Source of the DNA: Eledone cirrhosa
Taxonomy: Eukaryota
Reading direction: 5' to 3'
DNA length: 64,000 bases
Assembly (NCBI GenBank): GCA_964016885.1
Contig: OZ024741.1
Coordinates: 265,670,001-265,734,000 of the forward strand
How positions within the stretch are numbered: position 1 is the stretch's first letter; each line of letters opens with the position of its first letter. The translations under genes and the position numbers were made by a program. Positions 23,311 through 37,571 of this stretch are shown piece after piece. The notes beneath the pieces were generated by a model. The model had not been told where the DNA came from. It saw only the letters and a list, made by a program, of their open reading frames with translations, and did no database searches.

Positions 23311-24399
23311 CAAAATCCCTATATTTATGTCATTCGTTTTCAGTCTTTTTACAGCTTTTGGTCATTTGGTGTACAATACAGATTTATTGCTGGTTCACTG
23401 CCACTTTAACATGTGCCTCTAAATATTCATTTAAATTTCTTATATTTTCATTTGAAATGTAGTCGTCCCAATGCAGATGACTATAATAATAGTTGACCAA
23501 TATAAATAACAATAGAAAAGATCGCTTAAAGTGCTCCCGGATAAAGAAATAAAGTGTTCAGAGGTGCCAAGACAATATACCAAATTTCAAAATTTTCCCA
23601 GTGCTTCTTTCATTGGTTCTGATTCCAGTCAGTTAACTGCAGTCATACGAGGTCATTACCTTGATTTAATCGATCAAATTGTTCCCGATATACAAACACG
23701 CATACGAGCAGTAATATGAAAATTTGATTAAACTGATTGTTAATTTTAATGTGTTACCCCCCTTTTCATTTAAATAATCGAGGGACCTATCTATTTATAG
23801 ATACATTCGGGGTTACCTACCCTTAGAACTGTCCTATACTTTCTAAAATCTCCTTGGTAGGAAGCCACTTTTAATTATATGACAGGCTGAATGAGTTAGG
23901 GGTGAATAACCCAATGGAACTTAAACACCTATACATGTCACTGTTATAACTAATTATATATATATATATATATATGCGTGTGTGTATACACACACACACA
24001 CATATAATATCATATACAATATATATAATATAAATATATAAGTTAGACATGGCCTGGGCCAATAGTAGCTGAAACCTATCAAAATTATCAAAGTTATATA
24101 TATATATATATTTAAAACATTCAATACAAACATTAACTAAAATTTAATTCAACATATGTCATGGAAAAGTCTGCAAAAACTGTATGTTTCTCAACACACA
24201 TTAATTCGAACACTATCAACATCCACCATAGATTCTAATACATTAACATATTTACTTAAAGTGCAGTATTTATTCATCTATATATTGTTAATAGCTTTGC
24301 TTGTCTACTTCTCATGTATATGACTTACGCAGTTGCACTATCCACACGCCTGCATATGAATTGTTAATTCACTCGTCCTTTCTCAAAACTACTTCCTTA

Positions 24400-24757
24400 A
24401 TGCCTCTTTAATAATTGGACTATTCCCTTGTTTTATCTGTTGCATGTTTTTCGTGATCTTCCTCTACTACGTCTTCCTTCTACTGGCATTTCTTGGCACT
24501 TCTTCACCCATCGGTCATCCTCCATGCATATCACATGTCCATACCCCCCCCCCCAGTCTCCTCTCCCGCACACTACAAGCTATCCCTCTAAGACACAGTT
24601 TCTCTCTCAACACATCCATGCTCGGTCGTTCACGCACATTGACACTGCACATCCAACGGAGCATGCTTGCCTCATTTCTCTTCAGCCGTCGCTTATCCTC
24701 TGCAGTTGCTGCCCATGTCTCACTACCATGCAGCATCGCGCACCTCACACAGTCAAT
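24400..24757 (-). mobile_element. RTE-clade LINE fragment (RT C-terminal region)
   Basis: CVRCAMLHGSETW..EASMLRWMC..RERRL, then after a frameshift YGHV..VEGRRSRGR. Confidence 0.85.
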
Positions 24758-25041
24758 CATTCGTACGCAGGGAGAAACGTTTCTTCGTCAGCAGTTAAAT
24801 GAAAAATCAATGTTGTTTCCAATCGAGACGAAGGGAGAGTGTATTTGAATATATATAAAAAGAAGAAAACTCAACACTAGAACAGCCGTTAAAACAGCTA
24901 AATGCTGGCAAAGACAGCGATGGGCAAAAATGCCTCACAGGTCTGAGACCAATCGCCAGAGATCAACAGAGAGACATTCTAAAAGGTGGGCGATAAGCAG
25001 ATGAAATATAAACAAGATGGAAAGATGAGGTTTCTAATTTT

Positions 25042-25077
<36 letters not shown>

Positions 25078-25210
25078 TAGATATAACATATATACTATAA
25101 ATATAATATATATACTATGTATTTTATATATACATATATAACATATATAATACACATATAATATATATTTTATATATATCATATACATATATAATATATT
25201 ATATATACAT

Positions 25211-25475
25211 AATTGTTTCTACTTTTGGCACAAGGCCAGCAATTACCCAGTACATTACTGGTACTTTATTTTATCGGCCCCGTAAGGATGAAAGGCAAAG
25301 TTAACCTCGGCGGGATTTGAACTCAGACTGTAAAGGGACGTAACTATGCTAGAAAGCATGGCGTCCGACCCTCTACCGATACTGCCAATCCAAATATATT
25401 ATATATACATAATTGCTTCTACTTTTGGCACAAGGCCAGCAATTATCCCAGTGCATTACTGGTACTTTATTTTAT
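25211..25475 (-). mobile_element. SINE copy plus partial tandem duplicate of its 3' end
   Basis: Full copy at 25211-25392. Its flank plus tail is repeated at ~25394-25475. Confidence 0.85.
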
Positions 25476-25802
25476 AATATTATATTATTTACATAATATA
25501 ATATAAATAAATATATTATATTATTTACATAATATAATATATTTATTACCTATATATAGGTGGGGGATAGGGGAATTGCACTCCCGAACCAAATGGCGGG
25601 CGATCCTTTATCTGCTCTTGTCAAGGATACGACGAAATCCAACTGGCGCCTGTAGAGTATCTATCGACGAGCTTATTTCTAATGTACTGGTAGGAGTTGC
25701 GACCGCCAGATCTAATAATAGCAACTAAAAATGAATGAAGTACAAAAACAGCGACTGGAGCTTGCTGTTTTAAAGCGTTAATCAGAGTGCAGTTCCTACA
25801 AA

Positions 25803-26110
25803 ATCCAGCAGGAATTGAGGGGCAATGTTTGTGACCGATTTCTTCAAACAAGAGCTGGATTTGTCAACCATCTGAAATCACACGAGTCCGGCGAGAAATC
25901 GAATCACATGTGAGATGGTTATACCATCACACACTCAACGGTGCGGCTTAATTTGCAAGTCAGCTGGTGGGCTGACCAGACATGGTAGATTGCTTGAAGA
26001 TACCCCTCCGCCTGTATTGCATTGAGACAGACAGTTCAAGTGTCACATTTGTGAACGTGCTTGCAAAACAAAAATGGGTCTAAAAAGTCATCTGCGTGCA
26101 CATGATCGTG
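25803..26110 (+). pseudogene. Degenerate array of three C2H2 zinc fingers (probably retrotransposon-derived)
   Basis: VCDRFLQTRAGFVNHLKSH, RCGLICKSAGGLTRH and FKCHICERACKTKMGLKSHLRAH, with stops or frameshifts between them and no TGEKP linkers. Confidence 0.6.
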
Positions 26111-26733
26111 CAATATTTAATAAAATGATGACTATCTTCTCACAAGATGTAGTTTGAACTCACGTGCAACATAATACATTTTTTCAACACTAAAGGAAGG
26201 TAGAGTTTACGTCCCTTGTCACAGATTAAACATTTTCCTTACACATAAGCGATAACAAAAATATCAGTTGGACAGAAGCGACCCAAACCATGAATAGTTT
26301 TAACGAAAAATCAATTTAACCTAATAACAAATGTTTTGAAGATCCCAAACGGAGAAAGCAAGCTTAGCTAACATCAATTTTTGTACAAATTAAATATAAA
26401 TTGGAGAAATATAATTTCAAGTAGAAATGCAATTATAATGCCAAGAAAAGATGCAACCAGATGGCTGGAACAGGTAAAAGAGTAAATGTGATTATTGCAT
26501 GTCTAATTTGAGGGAGAGTAGATCTGGTAATGTAAAGAAAGTAGATATAGCGATAGATAAGGGAACATTGGACAGAATGGAAGAGGTTAAATGGAAGAAA
26601 GAGGCAGATGAGGGGGAAAAGGTAGTGGGAATAGTATGAGAGAGAGAGAGAGACAGAGACAGAGAGAGAGAGTAAGGAAGAGAGAGAGAGTGAAAGAGTG
26701 GGAAAGGGAGAGGGAGAGGGTGACAATAAGTAG

Positions 26734-26960
26734 CTTCTTCTTCTTCTTCTTCTTCTTCTTGGGTCCTCAAACACATCTTCCAGCAAGTCCTGTCAAAAGC
26801 AAACGTCTCAAACTCATCTTGCTGGATCCCCAAGCGAGACCAGCCAAGCTCATAGATGTTATTCAACCATCTTGCTCAGGGTCTACCCCTGGGTTTCCTG
26901 CCAGTTGGTTTTGCCCGTAAAATCTGTCCAGCGATTCTTTCCTGAGACATTCTAAACATT
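26734..26960 (-). mobile_element. RTE-clade LINE 3' fragment with (GAA)n tail
   Basis: ERIAGQILRAKPTGRKPRGRP..RWLNNIYELGWSRL. Confidence 0.8.
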
Positions 26961-27011
26961 ATATCTCTCCAGTTTATATTTAACTTAAAAACTAATAAAG
27001 ATTTGTGATTT

Positions 27012-27170
27012 AGGCACAAGGCCAGTAATATTTAAGGAAGGGAATGTCCATAAAATAGACCACAGTACGTTACTGGTACTTTATTTTATCGACCCCATAA
27101 TGATGAAAGGCAAGATTTGAACTCAGAAGGTAAAGGGACGTAACTCTATGCTGCGAAGTATGGTGTCCGA
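27012..27170 (-). mobile_element. SINE copy, internally deleted
   Basis: ggcacaaggccag..tactggtactttattttatcgacccc..atttgaactcaga. Confidence 0.8.
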
Positions 27171-27225
27171 CTAATAATGATCACAGCTCCATTACTGTGG
27201 GGGGTAATAAGTAGCAACAGACGGA

Positions 27226-27944
27226 ATAGTGGTGGTGGTGTGGTGGTGGTGGTGGTGTGGTGGTGGTGTGGTGGTGGTGGTGGTAGTGGTGGTGTGGTGG
27301 TGGTGGTGTGGTGGTTGTGGTGGTGGTGTGGTAGTGGTGGTGGTGGTGGTGGTGTTGGTGGTAGTGGTGGTGGTGGTGGTGGTAGTGGTGTGGTGGTGGT
27401 GGTGTGGTGTTGTGGTGGCGTGGTGTTGTGGTGGTGTGGTAGTGGTGGTGTGGTGGTGTGGTGGTGGTGGTGTGGTGGTGGTGGTGGTGGTTGTGGTGGT
27501 GGTTGTGTGGTGGTTGTGGTGTGGTGGTGTGGTGGTGGTTGTGTGGTGGTTGTGTGGTGGTGGTTGTGGTGGTGGGGTGGTGGTGGTGGTGTGGTGGTGG
27601 TTGTGTGGTGGTGGTAGTGTGGTGGTCGTGTGGTGGTGGTGGTGGTGTGGTGGTGGTGTAGTGGTGTGGTGGTGGTGTGGTGGTGGTAGTTGTGTGGTGC
27701 TAGTGGTGTGGTGGTAGTGGTGTACTGATGGTGTTGGGTCTAGTGGTGTGGTATTGTGGTGGTAGTTGTGTGGTGGTGGTTGTGTTAGTGGGGGAGGTGC
27801 GTGCTACTGTTGTTGATAGTAGTAGTAGTAGTGGTGATAGTTGTCACATTGCTACTTCTAGTAGTAGTAATAGTATTAGTGGTGGTGCTGATGGTGGTGT
27901 TGATAGTGGTGGTAGTATTGATGGTTGTGATGATGGTTCTGGTA

Positions 27945-27980
<36 letters not shown>

Positions 27981-28009
27981 CCCTACCACTACTACTATTA
28001 CTACCACCG

Positions 28010-28058
<49 letters not shown>

Positions 28059-28064
28059 CACTGT

Positions 28065-28104
<40 letters not shown>

Positions 28105-31100
28105 GCCGCCGCCACTCCCACCACCACCACCACCACCACCACCACCACCACCACTACTACTACTACTACTACATTGGTGATAATATTGGTGACAGTATTG
28201 GTTGTGGTGGTGGTGATGACAATAGTTGTGGGGGTGGTTGGTCTGGTGATGGCGTCAGTGTTCGGATGGTAATTGTAGAGATGGTGGTGGTAGTAGTGGT
28301 GGTGGTGTTGGTGAAGGTGGTGGTAGTAGTGGTGGTGGTCGTGGTGGTGACTGTGGGGTTAGTGGAGGTGGTAGTAGTGGTGGTAGTGGTGCTAATGGTG
28401 GCTGTGGTGTTTTGTGTTAGTGGAGATGGTGGGGTAGTGGTGGTAGTGGTGGTGGTAATGGAGGTGGTGACGTCGATGTGGCTGTGGTGTTGGTGTTGGT
28501 AGTGGCTGTGGTGTTAGAGGAGGTGGTGGCAGTGGTGGTAGCGGTGGCTGTGGTATTGTTGGTGTTAGTGGTGGTGGTGGCAGTGGTGGTAGTGGTGGCT
28601 GCGGTATTGTTGGTGTTAGTGGTGGTGGTGGCAGTGGTGGTGGTGGTGGCTGCGGTATTGTTGGTGTTAGTGGTGGTGGTGGCAGTGGTGGTAGTGGTGG
28701 CTGCGGTATTGTTGGTGTTAGTGGAGGTGGTGGCAGTGGTGGTAGTGGTGGCTGCGGTATTGTTGGTGTTAGTGGTGGTGGTGGCAGTGGTGGTAGTGGT
28801 GGCTGCGGTATTGTTGGTGTTAGTGGAGGTGGTGGTAGTGGTGGTGGTGGTAGTGGTGGTGGTGGTAGTGGTGGCTGCGGTATTGTTGGTGTTAGTGGTG
28901 GTGGTGGTAGTGGTGGTGGTGGTGGCTGCGGTATTGTTGGTGTTAGTGGTGGTGGTGGCAGTGGTGGTAGTGGTGGCTGCGGTATTGTTGGTGTTAGTGG
29001 TGGTGGTGGCAGTGGTGGTAGTGGTGGCTGCGGTATTGTTGGTGTTAGTGGAGGTGGTGGTAGTGGTGGTGGTGGTAGTGGTGGTGGTGGTAGTGGTGGC
29101 TGCGGTATTGTTGGTGTTAGTGGTGGTGGTGGTAGTGGTGGTGGTGGTAGTGGTGGTGGTGGTAGTGGTGGCTGTGGTATTGTTGGTGTTAGTGGAGGTG
29201 GTGGTAGTGGCGGTGGTGGTGGCTGTGGTATTGTTGGTGTTAGTGGAGGTGGTGGTGGTAGTGGTGGTGGTGGTAGCGGTGGCTGCGGTGTTAGTGGAGG
29301 TGGTGGTAGTGGTGGTGGTGGTGGCTGTGGTATTGTTGGTGTTAGTGGTGGTGGTGGTAGTGGTGGTGGTGGTGGCTGTGGTATTGTTGGTGTTAGTGGA
29401 GGTGGTGGTGGTGGTGGTGGTGGTGGCTGTGGTATTGTTGGTGTTAGAGGAGGTGGTGGTAGTGGTGGTAGTGGTGGTGGTGGTAGTGGTGGCTGCGGTA
29501 TTGTTGGTGTTAGAGGAGGTGGGGTGGTGGTGGTGGTGGTGGCTGTGGTGGTGGTGGTGGTGTTGGTGGTGGTGGAGTTGGTGGCTGTGGTATTGTTGGT
29601 GTTAGTGGAGGTGGTGGTGGTGATGGTGGTGGTGGTGGCTGTGGTATTGTTGGTGTTAGTGGAGGTGGTGGTAGTGGTGGTAGTGGTGGTGGTGGTGGTG
29701 GTAGTGGTGGTGGTGGCTGTGGTATTGTTGGTGTTAGTGGAGGTGGTGGTAGCGGGGGTAGTGGTGGTGATGTTAGTGGAGGTAGTGGTAGTGGTGGTAG
29801 TGGTGGCTGTGGTATTGTTGGTGTTAGTGGAGGTGGTGGTGGTGGTGGTGGCTGTGGTATTGTTGGTGTTAGTGGTGGTGGTGGTAGTGGTGGTGGTGGT
29901 GGCTGTGGTATTGTTGGTGGTAGTGGTGGCTGTGGTGTTGGTGGTGTTAGTGGAGGTAGTGGTAGTGGTGGTAGTGGTGGCTGTGGTATTGTTGGTGGTA
30001 GTGGTGGCTGTGGTGTTGGTGGTGTTAGTGGAGGTAGTGGTAGTGGTGGTAGTGGTGGCTGTGGTATTGTTGGTGTTAGTGGAGGTGGTGGTAGTGGTGG
30101 TAGTGGTGGCTGTGGTATTGTTGGTGTTAGTGGTGGCTGTGGTGTTGGTGGTGTTAGTGGAGGTAGTGGTAGTGGTGGTAGTGGTGGCTGTGGTATTGTT
30201 GGTGGTAGTGGTGGCTGTGGTGTTGGTGGTGTTAGCGGAGGTAGTGGTAGTGGTGGTAGTGGTGGCTGTGGTATTGTTGGTGTTAGTGGAGGTGGTGGTA
30301 GTGGTGGTAGTGGTGGCTGTGGTATTGTTGGTGTTAGTGGTGGCTGTGGTGTTGGTGGTGTTAGTGGAGGTAGTGGTAGTGGTGGTAGTGGTGGCTGTGG
30401 TATTGTTGGTGGTAGTGGTGGCTGTGGTGTTGGTGGTGTTAGTGGAGGTAGTGGTAGTGGTGGTAGTGGTGGCTGTGGTATTGTTGGTGTTAGTGGAGGT
30501 GGTGGTAGCGGGGGTAGTGGTGGTGATGTTAGTGGAGGTAGTGGTAGTGGTGGCTGTGGTGTTGGTGGTGTTAGTGGAGGTAGTGGTGGTGGTGTTAGTG
30601 GTGGCTGTGGTATTGTTGGTGTTAGTGGAGGTGGTGGTGGTGGTGGTAGTGGTGGCTGTGGTATTGTTGGTGTTAGTGGAGGTGGTGGTAGCGGGGGTAG
30701 TGGTGGTGATGTTAGTGGAGGTGGTGGTGGTGGTGGCTGTGGTGTTGGTGGTGGCTGTGGAGGTGGTGGTGGTGGTGGCTGTGGTGTTGGTGGTGGCTGT
30801 GAAGGTGGTGGTAGTGGTGGTAGTGGTGGGGATGTTAGTGGAGATGGTGGTAGTGGTGGTAGTGGTGGCTGTGGTGTTGGTGGTGTTAGTGGAGGTAGTG
30901 GTAGCGGTGGTAGGGGTGGGGATGTTAGTGGAGATGGTGGTAGTGGTGGTAGTGGTAGCTGTAGTGGTGATGTTAGTGGAGGTGGTGGTAGTCATGATGG
31001 TGGTGGTGGTGGTGTTAGTTGTGGTGGTAGTGGTGGTGGTGGTAGTCATGATGGTGGTGGTGGTGGTGTTAGTTGTGGTGGTAGTGGTGGTGGTGGTGGT

Positions 31101-32055
31101 GGTGGTGGTGTTAGTTGTGGTGGTGGTGGTGGTGGTGGTTGTGGGGGGGTGTTAGTGGTGGTGACTGTGGTGTTTGTGGTGGTGGTGTTAGTGGTGGTGG
31201 TAGGGTGGCTGTGGTGTTGGTAGTGTGGTGGTGGTGGTGGTGGTGGTGGTGTTAGTTGTGGTGGTGGTGGTGGTGGTGGTGGTGGTGGGGTGTTAGTGGT
31301 GGTGACTGTGGTGTTTGTGGTGGTGGTGTTAGTGGTGGTGGTAAGGTGGCTGTGGTGTTGGTAGTGGTGTCGGTGTTGTTGGTGGTGTTAGTAGAGGTTG
31401 TGGTAGTGGTGGCGATGGTGTTGGTGGTAGTGGTGGCGGTGGCGTTGGTGGTGTTAGTAGAGGTGGTGGTAGTGGTGGCGGTGGTGTTGGTGGTGTTAGT
31501 AGAGGTGGTGGCAGTGGTGGCAGTGGTGGCGGTGGATAATGGTAGAGGTCTTTCTGAATGTCTTGAAGGCGGTGGTGGTGGTTGTGGTGGGAGTGGAGTG
31601 ACCAACAGAGCAAGAAGACAGAGAGAGGGGGTGAGGGAGGTAAAGAATAAATGTTGGTATAGGGTGGCGGTGGTGGCAGTGTTAGTATGCTGGTGGTGGC
31701 AGTGGTGGTAGTATTATTATGCTGGTGGTGGTGGTGGCAGTGTTAGTATGCTGGTGGTGGTGGTGGCAGTGTTAGTATGCTGGTGGTGGTGGTGGTAGTG
31801 TTAGTATGCTGGTGGTGGCGGTGGTGGTAGTATTAGTATGCTGGTGGGGGTGGCGGTGGCGGTGGTGGTAGTATTAGTATGCTGGTGGTGGTGGCGGTGG
31901 TGGTGGTGGTAATGTTAGTATGCTGGTGGTGGTGGCGGTGGTGGTGGTGGTAGTGTTAGTATGCTGGTGGTGGCGGTAGTGGTAGTATTAGTATGCTGGT
32001 GGTGGTGGCGGTGGCGGTGGTGGTAGTATTAGTATGCTGGTGGTGGTGGTAGTGG
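27226..32055. repeat. ~4.8-kb GGT-based satellite with higher-order units (gctgtggtattgttggtgttagtgg; gtattagtatgctgg) and a (TAC)n/(CAC)n insert
   Basis: Directly visible; explains the poly-Thr/Val/Pro ORFs. Confidence 0.95.
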
Positions 32056-32074
32056 TAACTTAGATGGACTGGTG

Positions 32075-32278
32075 AAAGTGGGCGGGCACAATGAAGAAGG
32101 AGGAGAGAGAAATCTGTGAATTTGTTGAACGAATTGCGAGTTAGTGGGCGGGGTTTAGTGGAGGAATGGGCGTATTCCGGAAGTTACCGTGGTGACGGCA
32201 CATGTCAATGACAATTGATGCCATTCTCAGTGACACAATGCTTTGAATTGTCATTACATTAAACGAGTGTCCATGCCG

Positions 32279-32280
<2 letters not shown>
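32075..32280. promoter_or_regulatory. Candidate cis-regulatory module
   Basis: Unique island containing GC boxes (32080, 32146), ETS-like TTCCGGAAGT (32175), an overlapping RFX X-box-like GTTACCGTGGTGAC (32183), and several TGACA/TGTCA sites. Confidence 0.4.
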
Positions 32281-32318
<38 letters not shown>

Positions 32319-32456
32319 ATGCATATATATATACACACTCACACTCACACACACTCACACACACATACTTATATACACACATACTCACACACACACTCTC
32401 TCTCTCTCACCCCTCTCTCTCTCTCACACACACACACATATATATATATATACATA

Positions 32457-32570
<114 letters not shown>

Positions 32571-32665
32571 GGTCCATCTGGTTCCTTACCATACATAAAT
32601 ATATACATATATATATATATTTATATATATATATATATATATAACCAGGCGTGTGTGTACATGGA

Positions 32666-32746
<81 letters not shown>

Positions 32747-32855
32747 CTAGACGTGTGTGTATGTGTGTGTATGTGCATTCGGATGAATAACTATTTGTGT
32801 AGGACGTATATGATGACAATACACATTTGTGTAAATAGCGACACATTCTCATGCA

Positions 32856-32886
<31 letters not shown>

Positions 32887-32998
32887 TCACTCAGACACAC
32901 ATATCATATTGAGAGATAGATAAAGTATTAACTTGATAAAAACATGGAGAGACATAGCTACACTCCCACTGAAACATACACACGCAAATGCACACACA

Positions 32999-33048
<50 letters not shown>

Positions 33049-33107
33049 CCTATACATACATACATATATATATGTAAATAAATATATATATATATACATA
33101 TATACTG

Positions 33108-33138
<31 letters not shown>

Positions 33139-33310
33139 TTATTTACATATATATATGTATGTATATAGGTATGTGTATATATATATGCACAGGCATTGCT
33201 TGTTCAGGATCTGTTACAGGTTGCTGTGGCTGGCCGTAGACTAAAAGTGCACCAAACTATAATCAGACAAACGATTGCAATGCCATTTGGCAACGATTGG
33301 CAGCCATCAG

Positions 33311-33350
<40 letters not shown>

Positions 33351-33380
33351 ATACATACATACATATATATTTATATATAT

Positions 33381-33555
33381 AACGAAGGAAATGTGGTAAG
33401 GAACCAGGTGGACCATAACGCACCAAAGTACTCAATACTTAGGGTAGTAGAGTGGGTAATAGGAACAAGTAAGACCCCGACGGCTGAGCTCAAGCCGTTT
33501 CGACGGAATTAGCCGTCGAAATGGCTTGAGCTCAGCCGTCAGGGTCTTACTTGTT

Positions 33556-33560
<5 letters not shown>
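33381..33560 (-). mobile_element. Family B element with 48-bp fold-back, in (TA)n
   Basis: Arms 33459-33506 and 33513-33560, with 2 mismatches. Confidence 0.85.
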
Positions 33561-33607
<47 letters not shown>

Positions 33608-34299
33608 GTTCCAACCACTAGCTGAACATTGAACAGATGACATATTCTTAAGAAAATTATTTTCAAAAAATTAATTGAAACACATATTCAGTGTACTGCA
33701 CTAGAAATATGATCACAGAAGGTTAATCCCAACTGTTGACAGCAATAAAACTACTATGATTGGGTGGTAAATAATAATCTTGCTTCCCTGCAGGGAATTG
33801 ATCCATTCACCTGATTTTAACTCTTTCCTAATCATATTTATAATGGAAGACACTGCCTATCATTTTCCAATCACGCTTATGAAGAATTTAAAGATATTTA
33901 GTATTATAACTAACTTTCTCATTATTAAACTGCTGTTTAGAGCATAATTTAACAAAAATTAGGATGGAAGGCTTTTAGATATATATAAACACTTGTTACC
34001 CTATTTCTAATGGAAGACTCAAACAAATTTGAAGATAATCAAGAATTTTGAAGAATTTAGTAATGTACCTAAATTTCTCATTATTAAGCTGGTGTTTGGA
34101 ACACAAAGGTTCTTACTTAAAATTCTTAAAGGCTTTCAGATAAATAAAACAAGGCTTGCTACCTTGCAGAATAGAGATCCTTCGTTTCCCAAATGCTTTA
34201 TAATGATCCCAAAAATCTAAAGAAGAAGAAAATTGACATTATGTTGAACTGTACCACACTGAGTATGTATGATCCTGTAACTACTGTTGGTGTTGTAGG

Positions 34300-34550
34300 G
34301 GCGCCATATTGAAATACGGCGTTCCTTGGGCATGTTTAAGCCTGGCAGAGCCCATCCCTCTCCAGGACTGAGTACAACAGATTTCTTCCAGAGAAAGATG
34401 AAAAAGAGATATAGAGGAAGAATCGACCCCAGTACTCGACTGGTACTTTTTTTTATCGATTTGGAATGGATGAAAGACAAAGCTGACCTCGGCAGGATTT
34501 GAAGTGAGAGAGCAGAGAGCCAGAGCCACAAAGTATTCTATCCGACGTTC
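34300..34550 (-). mobile_element. SINE copy (subfamily like 491-750)
   Basis: gaccccagtactcgactggtac..ggatgaaagacaaagctgacctcggcaggatttgaa. Confidence 0.75.
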
Positions 34551-34819
34551 TACTATGACAATTCGGTGCTTATAACATAATGAGTAGAATATCAAAATAA
34601 TCGTCAGATTTAGGTAATGGCGGTGAATTGAGAGAGTCGTTAGAGCGTCCGTAGAATATCTTGTGTCATTTGTTCTAATTCTCTGCGTTCTGTTATCAGT
34701 AAAGGCTTTTGTCTTTTGGAAAGCAATGTCGTTTCTGTCAGGAGTTCCAACCGTATCAGTTACGACTGTATCAGCAATGGAAATATAACTAACTTTTTTT
34801 CTTTTTTTCTTTTTTTTTT

Positions 34820-35390
34820 GTTAATCTGTTGTTTGGAACATAACTTGAAGGTTTTTACATAAAATGTTGATGGAAGGATTTTAGATAAATATAAACACTT
34901 TAAAATATCATAACACCAGGGGAGGCTTCAGGCGATTTGACATAAAAAGGATTATGTTGGTATTTGGAACATAACTTAACAAAGTTTCTCACATAAAATG
35001 ATGATGGAAGGATTTTAAATAAATATAAACATTTTAAAACTGTCATAACACCAGTGATAGAATCAAAAGGATTAAGTTGGTGTTTGGCACATAACTTAAA
35101 GATTTTTCCCCGTAAAATTTGGACGGACAGTTTATAGACAAATAGTTTTAAACACCTTAAAACTGCCATAAAGGCAAATGTGGTTTCAGACGGTTTAGTT
35201 TAAAACTAAAACTATCATAAAACCAGTGATAGTATCAAAAAGATTAAGTTGGGGTTTGGTACTTAAAGGTTTTTTTTCTCTTTTTTTTTTGGGGGGGGGG
35301 AGTGTAAAATTAAAGCGAACAGGTTATAGATAAATATAAACACTTTAAAACTACCTTAAAAACACAAAAGGTGGTTTCAGACGGTTTCGT
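34820..35390. repeat. Degenerate ~115-bp AT-rich tandem repeat
   Basis: Recurring gttggtgtttggaacataactta...taaatataaacactttaaaa blocks; related weaker copies lie at ~33920-34150. Confidence 0.6.
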
Positions 35391-35784
35391 TTGGTTGCAA
35401 TTAAAAGGGTTAACGATGACAAAACAAATAAATGAACAAATATTGCAAAAATAAACTCTAATTTTCTTCTCTGCAGCAGACGACCGTTGTATTAAGTAGG
35501 ATATGAGCTGGTCGTTAAAATAACGTCAAAGCCAATACAAATTGTTTGTGTTATTTCTCCACCAAGAGACCACATACAGGAATAAAACAGCTTCTGTAAA
35601 TAGTCAAATGATAAGTATAAAAGACCTCTTCACAGAGATTTCACAGAGGATATTTACAGTAGGAATCGATGCATGTAATAGGCCTGACAATTACACAACA
35701 ACGACGATAGCAGCGATGATGACAACGACGACAACAGCAGCGATGACCACGATGAGAGCGATGACGACAACAACGAACGTTAGC

Positions 35785-36350
35785 AGTGATGACGACGATG
35801 ACGACGACAATGACGACAACGACATCAACGACGACGATGACGATGACGACGACAGCGATGACGACGATGGCAGCGATGGAAAAGACGACGACAATGACGA
35901 CAACGACATCAACGACGACAACAACGACGACAGCAGCGACGACGACGATGACGATGACGACAACGACGACGACGATGACAGCAGCGACGACGACGATGAC
36001 GATGACGACAACGACGACGACGATGACAGCAGCGACGACGACGATGACGATGACGACAACGACGACGACGATGACAGCAGCGACGACGACGATGACGATG
36101 ACGACAACGACGACGACGATGACAGCAGCGACGACGACGATGACGATGACGACGACGACGATGACGACAACGACATCAACGACGACAACAACGATGACGA
36201 CAACGACGACGACGATGACGACAACGACGGCAGCGACGACGACGACGATGACGACGATGACAGCAACGACGACGATGACGACGATGACAACGATGACAAC
36301 GACGACGACGATGACGACAACAACGACGACAACAGCGACGACAATGACAA

Positions 36351-36387
<37 letters not shown>

Positions 36388-36409
36388 AACGACGACGACG
36401 ACGACGACA

Positions 36410-36440
<31 letters not shown>

Positions 36441-36733
36441 CAACGACGACAACGACGACGACGACAACGACGACGACAATGACAATGACGACAACGACGA
36501 CAACGACGACGACAACGACGACAACGACGACGACGACAACGACGACAACGACGACGACAATGACAATGACGACAACGACGACGACGACAACGACGACAAC
36601 GACAACGACGACGACAACGACGACAACGACGACAACGACAACGACGACGACAACGACGACGACGACAACGACGACAACGACGACAACGACGACGACGACG
36701 ACAACGACGACGACGACAACGACGACGACGACA

Positions 36734-36764
<31 letters not shown>

Positions 36765-36814
36765 CAACGACGACGACGACGACAACGACGACGACGACAA
36801 CGACGACGACGACA

Positions 36815-36845
<31 letters not shown>

Positions 36846-36901
36846 CAACGACGACAACGACAACGACGACGACAACGACGACAACGACGACAACGACGAC
36901 A

Positions 36902-36932
<31 letters not shown>

Positions 36933-37039
36933 CGACGACAACGACGACGACGACAACGACGACAACGACGACAACGACAACGACGACGACAACGACAACG
37001 ACGACAACGACAACGACGACGACAACGACGACAACGACA

Positions 37040-37070
<31 letters not shown>

Positions 37071-37302
37071 CGACAACGACGACAACGACGACGACGACGA
37101 CAACGACGACGACGACAACGACGACGACGACGACAACGACGACGACGACGACGACAACGACGACGACGACAACGACGACAACGACGACAACGACGACAAC
37201 GACGACGACGACGACAACGACGACGACGACGACAACGACGACGACGACGACAACGACGACGACGACGACAACGACGACGACAACGACGACAACGACGACA
37301 AC

Positions 37303-37334
<32 letters not shown>

Positions 37335-37571
37335 CAACGACGACGACGACGACGACAACGACGACGACGACAACGACGACGACGACGACGACGACAACGA
37401 CGACGACAACGACAACGACGACAACGACAACGACGACGACAACGACGACGACGACGACAACGACGACGACGACAACGACGACAACGACGACAACGACGAC
37501 AACGACGACAACGACGACGACGACGACAACGACGACGACGACAACGACGACGACGACGACAACGACGACAA
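35785..37571. repeat. ~1.8-kb (GAC/AAC/GAT)n trinucleotide array
   Basis: Directly visible; open in several frames (poly-D/N, poly-T, poly-S). Confidence 0.95.

Noticed and set aside
28392-31155. 885-aa Thr/Pro-rich mucin-like ORF and overlapping poly-Val ORFs
   Set aside because: Translation of a GGT satellite. It is open on both strands, composition flips with frame, and there is no unique domain.
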